Positions 39,026 through 48,017 of a stretch of 64,000 nt of DNA are shown in pieces; within the stretch, counting starts at the first letter, position 1; every line of letters begins with the position of its first letter. This DNA is from an uncultured Gemmatimonadaceae bacterium (GTDB lineage: Bacteria; Gemmatimonadota; Gemmatimonadetes; Gemmatimonadales; Gemmatimonadaceae). The translations under genes and the position numbers were made by a program. Where the stretch lies: positions 704,001-768,000 of the forward strand of contig CAWGJO010000020.1 in the NCBI GenBank assembly GCA_963822945.1, written 5' to 3'. The notes under the pieces are model-generated. The model ran no database searches, was not told where the DNA came from, and worked only from the letters and a program-made list of their open reading frames with translations.

Positions 39026-39964
39026 ATGGCCCACATAACCGTGTTCAAACCAACTCTGCATTCGCGCTGCCGCCCCTGGTTGGCGTTAGCCCTCGCGGCC
39101 TTCCTCGGTGCGCCGGCGGTCGTCCGGGCCCAACGGCCCGTACTCCAGCGGCCCCCGTCAGGACGACTGGACTCGCTCCGCAAACTGTACCGCGTGGCGC
39201 CCGCTCCCGTTCAGCCGATCGTCGTCGCCACCTTCCTCAGCGCGCCGGGCAGCAGCCTCGGGTCGCCCTCTCCGTCAGGCGTCGGCAGCGGCGACTACTT
39301 CGCCGGCGCCGGCTACCAGGAGCGCACCCGATTCACCTCACGAGCCGATGGCGGCGTCGGGGTGGGCACGGGCTTCGGCGATCCTGCTGCAGGAGTCGCG
39401 CTCGAAGTGGCCGTCTCCTCGTATTCGTCCATCCGCCATTCCTTCGCGTCGATCGGCGGCCTCAGCTTCAAACTCCACCACCGCGATGCGCAGCGCATGC
39501 TGCTGTACGCCCTCGGCGTCGAGAACGCGATTCCGTGGGGGCTCACCGACGGTGGCACCAGCGTCTATGCCACCGCAGGTCGCGTCTTCGTACTGCGTCC
39601 CGATGAGAACGCCCCGTTCGGCGTGCTCACGACATCGCTGGGCCTCGGCACGGGCCGCTTCCGCACCCAGAATGCCGTCCTCACGCACCGGCACACCGTC
39701 GGCATCTTCGGGGGCGCCGGACTGCGGATCGTTCGCGCGCTCGCCATTGCAGCCGACTGGACGGGGCAGGACCTCGATGCCGGACTCACGCTGACCCCGT
39801 TTCGCAATCGCGGGATCGTGGCGTCGTTCGGCTACGCCGACCTGACGCGCACGGCGGGAAATGGCCCGCGTTTCATCATGAGCGTGGGCTATGGCTTCAA
39901 TGCACACCGCGACAATCGACGCCTCTCTCCGGAGGATCTCAATGCTGTCTTCAAGACGCCGTAG
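39026..39964 (+). CDS. Secreted, probable outer-membrane beta-barrel protein of unknown function
   Basis: Signal peptide ending VRAQ; Gly/aromatic-rich alternating strands; last strand FIMSVGYGF. Confidence 0.65.
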   Translation: MAHITVFKPTLHSRCRPWLALALAAFLGAPAVVRAQRPVLQRPPSGRLDSLRKLYRVAPAPVQPIVVATFLSAPGSSLGSPSPSGVGSGDYFAGAGYQERTRFTSRADGGVGVGTGFGDPAAGVALEVAVSSYSSIRHSFASIGGLSFKLHHRDAQRMLLYALGVENAIPWGLTDGGTSVYATAGRVFVLRPDENAPFGVLTTSLGLGTGRFRTQNAVLTHRHTVGIFGGAGLRIVRALAIAADWTGQDLDAGLTLTPFRNRGIVASFGYADLTRTAGNGPRFIMSVGYGFNAHRDNRRLSPEDLNAVFKTP

Positions 39965-40571
39965 CTGGATGCGGGCCGTGCTCGGTGCCGGTGCGATGCT
40001 CCCCATCGCCCTGGCCACGGCCAGCGCCCAGGTCGGCAATCAATCGGACGTGAGCGGTATCCCCATCACGAGCAGCAGTGTCGTGAGCCCGGTATTCGGC
40101 GTCTCGCTTGGCGGCGCCGTCCGCGTGAATACCTTCATCACGCCGCAGGTGGCCGCGTCGTACCAGCAGTCCGCAGCCCGCGTGAACGCCGAGTTGAGCA
40201 GTCAATCCTTCACCGACAGCAGCGGCGTCCGCACGGGCCCCGTCACGCAGAACCTCATCTACGAAGTCGCCTCGGGTGGCAGGTCGAGTGCGCAGGCGGC
40301 CACACAGTTGGTCGGCATCCTCACCCGGAACAACAACGCGCCGGCTACCGTGGCAGACGCCGAGGCGTTCGTGGAATCGTTCCGCAGCCTGCTCGCCAAG
40401 GGAATCGCCATGGACCCGCGGTTCTTCAATTCCCTGACGGCCACGCAGTTGGCGAATGCCGTCGCTGCCTACAATGCGTTCGTCGATTCGAGCACGGAGC
40501 AGTTCCTGTCGTCACCGCCGCCCGAGCTCATCACCATCCGCGGCGTGCTCTCGCAGTTGACGGCCCGGTAG
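39942..40571 (+). CDS. Secreted hypothetical protein, helical C-terminus
   Basis: GGAGG at 39931-39935; signal ending ASAQ; overlaps the upstream gene end. Confidence 0.7.
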   Translation: MLSSRRRSWMRAVLGAGAMLPIALATASAQVGNQSDVSGIPITSSSVVSPVFGVSLGGAVRVNTFITPQVAASYQQSAARVNAELSSQSFTDSSGVRTGPVTQNLIYEVASGGRSSAQAATQLVGILTRNNNAPATVADAEAFVESFRSLLAKGIAMDPRFFNSLTATQLANAVAAYNAFVDSSTEQFLSSPPPELITIRGVLSQLTAR

Positions 40572-40592
40572 TCGCGCCCCGACGCGCCCCGG

Positions 40593-41240
40593 CTACGGGT
40601 GCGTCCGGACCAGCGCGACGATGAGGCCCACCGTCTGGAGTGCGGTCAGCGCATTCTGCCAGGTGAACCAGGTGAACTGCCTGGCCGGCACGACGATGCG
40701 ATCACCGGACTCGAGCAGAATCCCGAGCGTTGGCGCGCCCGTCGCGATGGCCTGCGCCGCGTTCAGTATCACCACATGGTCTCGTCGCAGAAGTCGGATG
40801 TGCGACAGGTCCGCGTTGTTCGTCGGACCGCCGGCCTGGCTGAGCGCATCGAACACCGACTGCGTGGCGTCCACGGGGTAGAGACCCGGTCGTGCGACCT
40901 GGCCCAGAACACTGACCCGGAACTGGAGCGACACGATCGCCACGCCATTCGTCGTGAGCGCCCGATAGTGATCGCGCACCTCCGTTCGGACCTCGCTCAG
41001 TGCCTTGCCCGACACGTTCAGCTCACCGAGCAGCGGGATCGCGACGACTCCCGATGTCTCCACCTGGTAGTCACCCGAGTACTGCTGTTCTGGCCAGAAC
41101 TTGATGCGCAGGAGATCGCCCGGCTGTACGATGACATCGGTCACCGCGTGCGGTTCCGGAGCGGGATTCTGGGCTCGTGCCGCCGATGCGATCATGGCGA
41201 GGCCCACGAACATGGCGAGCAACCGAGACGATCGAGACAT
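40593..41240 (-). CDS. Short polysaccharide export (Wza/OPX-like) protein: Poly_export plus one SLBB domain
   Basis: QPGDLLRI, G.Y.V...G...IPLLG, VSVLGQVARPGLY, ALSQAGG, LESGDRIVVP; 215 aa. Confidence 0.88.
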   Translation of the reverse strand: MSRSSRLLAMFVGLAMIASAARAQNPAPEPHAVTDVIVQPGDLLRIKFWPEQQYSGDYQVETSGVVAIPLLGELNVSGKALSEVRTEVRDHYRALTTNGVAIVSLQFRVSVLGQVARPGLYPVDATQSVFDALSQAGGPTNNADLSHIRLLRRDHVVILNAAQAIATGAPTLGILLESGDRIVVPARQFTWFTWQNALTALQTVGLIVALVRTHP

Positions 41241-41281
41241 GTGCGATCGGGATCGAGGAAATGTTGCCCCAGTATAGCACC

Positions 41282-42283
41282 TCATCCGGCTCTCCCGCGA
41301 CGCCGTGTTGCGCCATGGGCGCCAAGCCACAAGTCCTCGGCAGGTAGGCCCTCCGCCGCCCACAGCCTTCGGGTCAACTCCGGCGGCTCGTGCATCGGCT
41401 CGTCGGTGAGGCGAAACGTGCCCCAGTGAATGGGCAGCATCGGCGGACGCCCGGCGTCGGGATGGGCCGCGCACAGGTCTCGATACGCGCGCAACGCATC
41501 CTCGGGATTCATGTGCACGCCTCCCATGAACCAGCGCGGCTCGTAGGCCCCAACCGGCAGCAGTACGAGATCGAAGGGGCCGTGGTGTTCGGCAATGCGT
41601 GTGAATTCCGGATGATAGGCCGTGTCGCCCGCGAAGAAGACGCGCCAGCCATTGGCGGCAATCGTCCACCCGGACCAGAGCGTGCGTGCCCGATCCCAGG
41701 GCGTACGTCCGCTGAAATGGCGTGCCGGAACGCACGACACGAGGGCGGCGCCCGCCTGGCCGGATCCCCACCAGTCCAGTTCCCGCACATCGCGCACGTG
41801 CCAGCGGCGGAGCAGATGCGCCACCTCCAGCGGCGCGAACCACTGCGCCAATGGATGCGCCTCCGCGAGCGCGCGAACCGTCTGCCGGTCCAGGTGGTCG
41901 TAATGGTTGTGCGAGATCAGCACCAGGTCGATCGGGGGAAGCGCCGATAGGGGGAAGGGTGTCGGCACGAGGCGCGACGGACCCGCCCACGAGACGGGGC
42001 TGGCCCGGCGACTCCACATCGGATCGGTGAGCACGTTCAGCGCTCCCATCTGCAGCAGGACCGTCGCGTGCCCGACCCACGTTGCGGTCAGATTCCCTCC
42101 GGCGGCTCGCGGCACGTCGAACGCACTGGGCGTTAGGGTCGACCAGGCTCCGGGCCGCGGGGGCGCTACCGGCCGGGCACGTCGTTCGCGACGCCAGCGC
42201 AGGAGATCGCGCAACTGGTGCGATCGTTCGCCGGGCCATGGATTGCGGAACCCGCCCTCCGGACGGTGGTGCGGCAGCAGCAT
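41282..42283 (-). CDS. MBL-fold metallo-hydrolase (NAPE-PLD/RomA-like)
   Basis: GFRNPW, TWVGHAT, LTDP, ISHNHYDHLD, HFSGR, AGDT, HMNPE, IHWGTF. Confidence 0.92.
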   Translation of the reverse strand: MLLPHHRPEGGFRNPWPGERSHQLRDLLRWRRERRARPVAPPRPGAWSTLTPSAFDVPRAAGGNLTATWVGHATVLLQMGALNVLTDPMWSRRASPVSWAGPSRLVPTPFPLSALPPIDLVLISHNHYDHLDRQTVRALAEAHPLAQWFAPLEVAHLLRRWHVRDVRELDWWGSGQAGAALVSCVPARHFSGRTPWDRARTLWSGWTIAANGWRVFFAGDTAYHPEFTRIAEHHGPFDLVLLPVGAYEPRWFMGGVHMNPEDALRAYRDLCAAHPDAGRPPMLPIHWGTFRLTDEPMHEPPELTRRLWAAEGLPAEDLWLGAHGATRRRGRAG

Positions 42284-42596
42284 CTGCGAAACATATCCCG
42301 CCATGCCCGGGGCCCTCGCGTCATCGGGGTCCACCTGTGGCCGGAGCCCAACGGACCCGACTGGAATTCAGGCAGCGACGAATGGGGAAATGCGCCTGCA
42401 ATCGACGCCAACTTGGCCTCCACGGGGGACGGATTGACCTTTCCCATCGGGTCCGGGCCGTGACCTCCGCCCGATAGCCGACGTCTATTCGGGGGATTAG
42501 ATTTCAGGGTTGCGTGGGCCGGGCGATATCCCGCCCAGCCACCTCCCCCGGCCCGTGCGCGGGCAGTTCCTGAATCAGAATTCTCCGGAGAGTTGC

Positions 42597-43349
42597 ATGC
42601 CAGGTTTCGGCATTTTGGCCGGCCGCTGGTGGATCCCGCTGTTGTTCGTCATCGTTGCCGGGCACATCACCAACGTCTGCGTGACGTTGTTCCTGCACCG
42701 GGCCCAGACCCACCGTGGCGTCCGCCTGCACTATCTGGCCGCACTCCCGATGCGTCTCTGGCTGTGGCTCACCACGGCCATCGTCACCAAGGAATGGGTG
42801 GCCTGCCACCGGAAGCATCACGCCTTTGCCGACCGTGAAGGCGACCCGCACAGTCCGCTCATCGAAGGACTGCGGAATATCGTGCTCAAGGGAGCCTTCT
42901 ACTATCGAAAGGCGGTTCGCCAACCGGGCATGCTCGACAAGTACGGCAAGGGAACGCCCAACGACTGGATCGAACGCCACCTGCTCTCGCGTCTCAACTG
43001 GCTCGGCATTCTGCTCATGCTGGCCATCGACATCTACCTGTTCAGCTTCATCGTCGGCCCGCTCGTGTGGGCTGTGCAGATGATGTGGATTCCCTTCTGG
43101 GCAGCAGGGGTGATCAACGGCGTGGGCCACGCGCTCGGCTACCGCAACTTCAACGTCAAGGACGAAAGCCGGAACATCGCGCCAATCGCCATCTGGCTTG
43201 GCGGTGAAGAACTGCACAACAATCACCACGCCGATCCGAAGTCCGCCAAGTTCAAGGCCAAATGGTATGAATTCGACATCGGGTGGATGTACATCCGGCT
43301 GCTGCAGCTCGTCGGGCTGGCCAAGGTCGAATACGCGCGCGGCCGGTAG
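42597..43349 (+). CDS. Membrane fatty acid (delta-9 acyl-CoA type) desaturase
   Basis: His boxes HRAQTH, HRKHH, HNNHH; GGAG upstream. Confidence 0.92.
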   Translation: MPGFGILAGRWWIPLLFVIVAGHITNVCVTLFLHRAQTHRGVRLHYLAALPMRLWLWLTTAIVTKEWVACHRKHHAFADREGDPHSPLIEGLRNIVLKGAFYYRKAVRQPGMLDKYGKGTPNDWIERHLLSRLNWLGILLMLAIDIYLFSFIVGPLVWAVQMMWIPFWAAGVINGVGHALGYRNFNVKDESRNIAPIAIWLGGEELHNNHHADPKSAKFKAKWYEFDIGWMYIRLLQLVGLAKVEYARGR

Positions 43350-43376
43350 GCTGGTTGCACCCGTTAGCTTTCCGTC

Positions 43377-43655
43377 ATGGCAGACATCACTTGCACCCGT
43401 TGCGGCCAGACCCGGCCGGCCTTCGAACGCCCGCCCTTTCCGGGCGCCATCGGAGCCCGCATCGTCGCCCAGATCTGCCAGGACTGCTGGGGACTGTGGC
43501 TCAAGCAGCAGACCATGCTCATCAACCACTACGGGTTGAACGTCATGGATCCGCAGGCGCGCAGTTTTCTCACCAAGAATCTCGAAGCGTTTCTGTTCAA
43601 GGCCGGCCAGGAGGAGGACGTCGACACGAGCAAGAAAGGGTCGATTTCCTGGTGA
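43377..43655 (+). CDS. yggX: Fe(II)-trafficking / oxidative damage protection protein
   Basis: PPFPG.IG.RI...IC..CW..W...QTMLIN. Confidence 0.85.
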   Translation: MADITCTRCGQTRPAFERPPFPGAIGARIVAQICQDCWGLWLKQQTMLINHYGLNVMDPQARSFLTKNLEAFLFKAGQEEDVDTSKKGSISW

Positions 43656-43732
43656 CGCTTTAACCGGCGTGCCGACCGATTGACGGTCGGGTGCACGCCC
43701 GCTTACTTGTCTGCGCGCACAAGCAACGCACG

Positions 43733-43758
43733 AAGGGCCCCGCCATGGCGGGGCCCTT
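43733..43758. terminator. Perfect 26-bp palindrome, probable terminator
   Basis: AAGGGCCCCGCCATGGCGGGGCCCTT downstream of yggX. Confidence 0.6.
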
Positions 43759-43762
43759 GACT

Positions 43763-43783
43763 TTAGTGTCGCATTGCTACTAA
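43763..43783. promoter_or_regulatory. Candidate NrtR operator
   Basis: 21-bp imperfect palindrome TTAGTGTC-GCATT-GCTACTAA between TTGACT (43757-43762) and the regulator start. Confidence 0.6.
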
Positions 43784-43790
43784 TTCGCGC

Positions 43791-44495
43791 GTGATGCGCG
43801 ACCGCCCCTCGTCAGACTCCCATCCCTCCGCGCGCCAGACCACGCTGTCCGTCGACGTCGTGGCCATCAGCCCACAGGCCAAGAGTCTCACCGTACTGCT
43901 CGCCAAGTCACCCGACTCGCGCGCCCGCGAGCGCTATATCTTGCCGTGGGATGCCCCCCGCGGTGAGGAATCGCTGGCCGACACGGCCATGCGCATCTCG
44001 CGCGCGACGACGGGGGTGGCGCCGGCAGCGGTCGAGCAGATCCGGGCCTTTGGCGACACCAAACGTCATCCCGGCGATGCCGAAGTTTCCGTCGGCTTCG
44101 TGGCGTTCGTGCCCCTTAGCGGCCACGCATTGTCCGACCCCGGCCTGGGATGGTTCGGTCTTGATGAACTGCCGACGCTGGCGCCCCGGCATCGCGCCAT
44201 TGTCGAAGCGGCATTCGCTATGATCCGCAGCCGAATCGACCAGTCACCGGTCGCCTTCCGGCTGCTGCCGCCGACATTCACGCTCAGCGAACTCCAGTCG
44301 ATCTACGAACGGTTGCTCGGACGGCGTCTGCACAAGGCGAGCTTTCGCCGGGCCCTCCAGGCGGCCTATCTGGTGGAGCCTACCGATGAGTGGCGCAGCG
44401 AAGGACGCGGCCGGCCCGCCCAGCTGTTCCGGTATGCCCCGAAGAAGCGCCGCAACAACCGCCGCGGCGTTCGGTTCGACCTTCTCACGGGCTGA
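43791..44495 (+). CDS. nrtR: NrtR-type regulator (Nudix-like domain plus C-terminal winged helix)
   Basis: LSVDVV, degenerate Nudix box, EQIRAFG..RHP, LLPPTFTLSELQSIYERLLG..LHKASFRR, GRPAQLFR. Confidence 0.8.
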   Translation: MMRDRPSSDSHPSARQTTLSVDVVAISPQAKSLTVLLAKSPDSRARERYILPWDAPRGEESLADTAMRISRATTGVAPAAVEQIRAFGDTKRHPGDAEVSVGFVAFVPLSGHALSDPGLGWFGLDELPTLAPRHRAIVEAAFAMIRSRIDQSPVAFRLLPPTFTLSELQSIYERLLGRRLHKASFRRALQAAYLVEPTDEWRSEGRGRPAQLFRYAPKKRRNNRRGVRFDLLTG

Positions 44496-44576
44496 GTCCG
44501 CCCCCCCCCGTCGCGCGTCCCCGGCTTGACGACGCTCATGATTAGTAGCAAGTTGTATTTAAGGTCGAATACCGCG

Positions 44577-44870
44577 ATGCTCGATTTTCTCGACTCCCTC
44601 TGCCGCGTGCTCGCGGCTCGCGATCAACTGGGCATCCGCCGCCAGCTGCGGCATCCGCTCGCCCGGGCCCTGCCTGTTCCAGTCCGCGTCGAGGTGAATG
44701 CAATCGCCCGGGCCGGCAAGCTCGGCCGTCTCCCGCCGACTCGGACCTTTCACTTCTACTACCAGACACTGCAATTGTTGACGCCGCCAGGCTTCCACGG
44801 CCTCGAGGACACATTCCCCGAGTCCACCGGCGATCATTCCCGAGCGAGGGACTTGGCCGCAACCCGCTGA
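44577..44870 (+). CDS. Hypothetical protein (97 aa)
   Basis: MLDFLDSLCRVLAARD..LRHPLARALP; lies between an AT-rich promoter region and a terminator. Confidence 0.55.
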   Translation: MLDFLDSLCRVLAARDQLGIRRQLRHPLARALPVPVRVEVNAIARAGKLGRLPPTRTFHFYYQTLQLLTPPGFHGLEDTFPESTGDHSRARDLAATR

Positions 44871-44880
44871 TGGCAACGGC

Positions 44881-44911
44881 AAAGCGCCCCGGCTCTCGCC
44901 GGGGCGCTCTT
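44881..44911. terminator. Terminator between convergent genes
   Basis: 11-bp stem AGCGCCCCGGC-tctc-GCCGGGGCGCT. Confidence 0.7.
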
Positions 44912-44931
44912 GTGTGACGGACATCTTCGGG

Positions 44932-45138
44932 TCAGACCTTCGTAACGTCAGCCGCCTGCGGCCCCTTCTGTCCCTCCACGATCTCGAATTCCACCCGATC
45001 GCCCTCGGCAAGCGATTTGAAGCCACTGCCCTGGATGGCACTGTAGTGCACGAAAACGTCGGGGCCGCCTTCACGAGAAATGAATCCGAACCCCTTTGCG
45101 TCGTTGAACCACTTCACGGTGCCGGTAATGCGAGCCAT
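44932..45138 (-). CDS. Cold-shock protein (CspA family)
   Basis: [35 protein letters not shown]. Confidence 0.97.
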   Translation of the reverse strand: MARITGTVKWFNDAKGFGFISREGGPDVFVHYSAIQGSGFKSLAEGDRVEFEIVEGQKGPQAADVTKV

Positions 45139-45197
45139 GAAGACATGCTCCCTAATGGATTGGCGGCTGCGATCCTACGGTTGAAATGTTCGTCGCT

Positions 45198-45419
45198 TCA
45201 CGCCGCTCCGACCACGACGCCGGCTACGTAACGTGCTATCCGACCGCAGTCGCGGCAACGCAGGGTCACCTGGGAGCGGGGAGGGGCCGGGTTGGGGCTG
45301 GGGGTGCGTTCGATTTTTCCGGAGCAGGACGGGCAGCTGAGGGGTTCGCCACTCCGGTCACTTGCGATCAAATGCAGGGCTTGCGCTGGGTTGAAGGTTG
45401 CCGGTCTCGGCTTGCGCAT
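45198..45419 (-). CDS. Small zinc-ribbon protein (73 aa)
   Basis: GGAGG RBS; CPSC..CRDC. Confidence 0.65.
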   Translation of the reverse strand: MRKPRPATFNPAQALHLIASDRSGEPLSCPSCSGKIERTPSPNPAPPRSQVTLRCRDCGRIARYVAGVVVGAA

Positions 45420-45731
45420 GAATCCTCCGTTGGCACTGCAAGGCTCAGAAACGAGTGCATGGACCCGCTTGGCCTGGAAGAGAGGTTGTTGGTAACGGCA
45501 AATCGAAGTTAGCCAATAGCTTCCAGAATCCGAATCACCGACCGGCCTCGCTACCGAACCACTCTTGCGAAATCGGGTCCTTTTGGCATACGCAGCCACG
45601 CTCGCAATCGCTGACCACGCCGGCCCGCTCCCGGATCCGGAATCCGGACCCAAGCGCTCGGCATCGATCCGGCGCAGCAACCAATGTGAGATTTCAGGGC
45701 GGCAGGGCTGCCGTTCTGCGATTTGCGCGGG

Positions 45732-46712
45732 CTACGGCCAGTCGTGCGGCCGCCGCCAGACGCGGTGTCCCACGCGCCAGGGCCGGCGGTCGGAGAACTC
45801 ACCGTCCGTTCCGAATTCTCCGTCGTCGGCGATGGACTCGAGCATGTCGTTCCCCTTCGCCGAGGCCTCGTCGGCCCAGTGCACGATCTCCGCTTCGGCA
45901 GTCATCGGCTGCACCGGACTACCGAACTCCAGGGCCCCGTGGTGCGACAAGAGCATGTGCTGGAGTTCCGTCAACTGCCCTTCGCCGCAGACGGTGGGCG
46001 ACGACCGGCCCACTCGCTCGGTGAGCATCAGGCATCCGAGCACGACGTGTCCGAGCAGGTTGCCCCGCGTGGTGTACGCGAAGGCGCCCCGATCGATGGT
46101 ATAGGCCTCCACCTTCCCGATGTCGTGCAGGAGCGCGCCGGCAACGGTCAGGTCCACGTTGGCCTGCAGCGCGCGAGCCGCGGACTTGGCGATCACCGTC
46201 ACTTCAACGATGTGCTTGAGCAGCCCGCCCATCTGCGCATGGTGCCCGACCACGGATCCCGGCGTCCGTTCGAACTGTTCGCGGAAGTTGTCGTCGCGAA
46301 AGAACAGATCCACCACCCGCCGGATGGTGGCGGACGACATCTCCGAGCGCGTGCGGTCGAGCCAGTCCCACAACCGCTCCGGGTCTTCGGAGATCCGCGC
46401 GACGAAGTCATCGAGCCGCACCTCATCCTGCGGGATCAGCCGCAGCGGGCTCGTCAGTTGAATTTGCCGCTTGCCGCGGAAGGCGCTCACGTCGCCGATC
46501 ACCTGGACTACGCGGCCCCGCTCCGCCCCTTCGGCCCAGGGCAGCTTGTCCGCCCAGATGGGCGCGGATTCGAGGCGACCGCTCGCATTTCCGAACGTGA
46601 GCACCACGAACGGGTCGCCGCTGGCCTGTTTCCGCTCCACGCGATCGAGCACCATCAGCTCATGCTGCACGCGCTGTCCGACGGCGAGTTGGGTCAGATC
46701 GAGAGGGGGCAT
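45732..46712 (-). CDS. yhaM: OB-fold plus HD-domain 3'-5' exoribonuclease (YhaM family)
   Basis: N-terminal OB fold, HHAQMGGLLKH, LLHDIGK, LLGH, LSHHG.LEFGSP..P.T.EA. Confidence 0.88.
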   Translation of the reverse strand: MPPLDLTQLAVGQRVQHELMVLDRVERKQASGDPFVVLTFGNASGRLESAPIWADKLPWAEGAERGRVVQVIGDVSAFRGKRQIQLTSPLRLIPQDEVRLDDFVARISEDPERLWDWLDRTRSEMSSATIRRVVDLFFRDDNFREQFERTPGSVVGHHAQMGGLLKHIVEVTVIAKSAARALQANVDLTVAGALLHDIGKVEAYTIDRGAFAYTTRGNLLGHVVLGCLMLTERVGRSSPTVCGEGQLTELQHMLLSHHGALEFGSPVQPMTAEAEIVHWADEASAKGNDMLESIADDGEFGTDGEFSDRRPWRVGHRVWRRPHDWP

Positions 46713-46760
46713 GCGATCAAGTTAGCGCCCGCACGAAGCCGGGCCGTACCATTCTCCCGC

Positions 46761-46982
46761 CTAGGAGACGTACACGATATCGCCTTCATCACTGATGCCG
46801 AGTTCATGGATGGTTCCGCACACGCCGCACGTCTTCGTCGCCAGCCACGAGACGTTGAGGTTCTTGCGGAGATCGGCATCGGCCGGCTTCACCGCCAACT
46901 TCTTGTAGTTGTACTCGCCGCACACCTCGCAGGCGTGTGACCGTGCAATGCGTTCGGCTCGTTCTTTGGTGATCTTCGCCAC
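46761..46982 (-). CDS. Small putative zinc-binding protein (73 aa)
   Basis: CEVC..CGVC; start abuts the SPFH stop. Confidence 0.75.
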   Translation of the reverse strand: MAKITKERAERIARSHACEVCGEYNYKKLAVKPADADLRKNLNVSWLATKTCGVCGTIHELGISDEGDIVYVS

Positions 46983-47969
46983 TCACTTCTCCGCCGGTGG
47001 CTTCTGCAGCATCTGCCGGAGACCGCCGAGTGCGCTGAGCACACCCGAGGCTTCCGATGGAAGAAACAGCGTCGTGCCCTTGCCCTCACTCAGCTTGGGC
47101 AGTGCTTCGAGGTACTTGAGCCCCAACAGATACGTCGACGCCTGGCCCTCCGGAAGCGCCGCCGCGATGCGCCGGATGGCTTCGGCCTCCGCGTCCGCCA
47201 TTGCCAGTCTGGCCTCGGCGAGGCCCTGGGCCCGCAGCACGGCCGCCTCCTTCTCGCCCTCCGCCTTACGGACCTGCGACTCGCGCGAACCCTCCGCCTC
47301 GAGGATCTGAGCCCGCTTGCTCGCTTCGGCGTTGGTCACGGCCGCCCGGCGCTCGCGCTCCGCGCGCATCTGCAGTTCCATCGACTGCTGAATGTCGCGC
47401 GGCGGCTCGATCGCCTGGAGTTCCACGCGCGTCACATCCACCCCCCAGCCGATCGAGGCCTCTTCGATCACTTCCCGCATCCGCTTGTTGATCTGATCGC
47501 GGCTGGCCAGGGTCTGATCCAGCTCCATCTCGCCGACGATGTTGCGCAACGTGGTTCTGGTGAGGGTCTCGAGTGCATAGGGCAGGTTCTGTACCGCATA
47601 GGTGGCCTTCTGCGGATCCGCCACCCGGTAGTACAGCACCGCGTCGATGTCGATGGTCACGTTGTCCTTGGTGATCACCGGCTGGCTGGGAAAGTTCAGC
47701 ACCTGCTCGCGCAGATCGATGCGGGCCGCCGAGCGCGAAGCGATGCGACGCTGCCCGCCCATGTCGGACTCCAGAAACCGCACGTCGATCGCGCGGGGTC
47801 GCTCGATGAACGGAATCAGGATGTTGAATCCGGAGCGGGCAATCCGATGAAAGCGCCCGAGCCGCTCGACCACCATGACCTCTGCCTGGCCGATGATCTT
47901 GAACGACTTCGACGCAACGAGCACTGCCAGGATGGCAACGACAATGAGGGGGACAAGGGCGTTGTTCAT
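46983..47969 (-). CDS. SPFH/Band 7 family membrane protein (QmcA/paraslipin-like)
   Basis: VVERLGRF, IDLREQV, VITKDNV, TTLRNIVG, QMRAERERRA. Confidence 0.95.
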   Translation of the reverse strand: MNNALVPLIVVAILAVLVASKSFKIIGQAEVMVVERLGRFHRIARSGFNILIPFIERPRAIDVRFLESDMGGQRRIASRSAARIDLREQVLNFPSQPVITKDNVTIDIDAVLYYRVADPQKATYAVQNLPYALETLTRTTLRNIVGEMELDQTLASRDQINKRMREVIEEASIGWGVDVTRVELQAIEPPRDIQQSMELQMRAERERRAAVTNAEASKRAQILEAEGSRESQVRKAEGEKEAAVLRAQGLAEARLAMADAEAEAIRRIAAALPEGQASTYLLGLKYLEALPKLSEGKGTTLFLPSEASGVLSALGGLRQMLQKPPAEK

Positions 47970-48017
47970 AGAATCTCCAGAGCGGGGTGCGCTACACGTA
48001 TGGATTGTACGCCGCGG

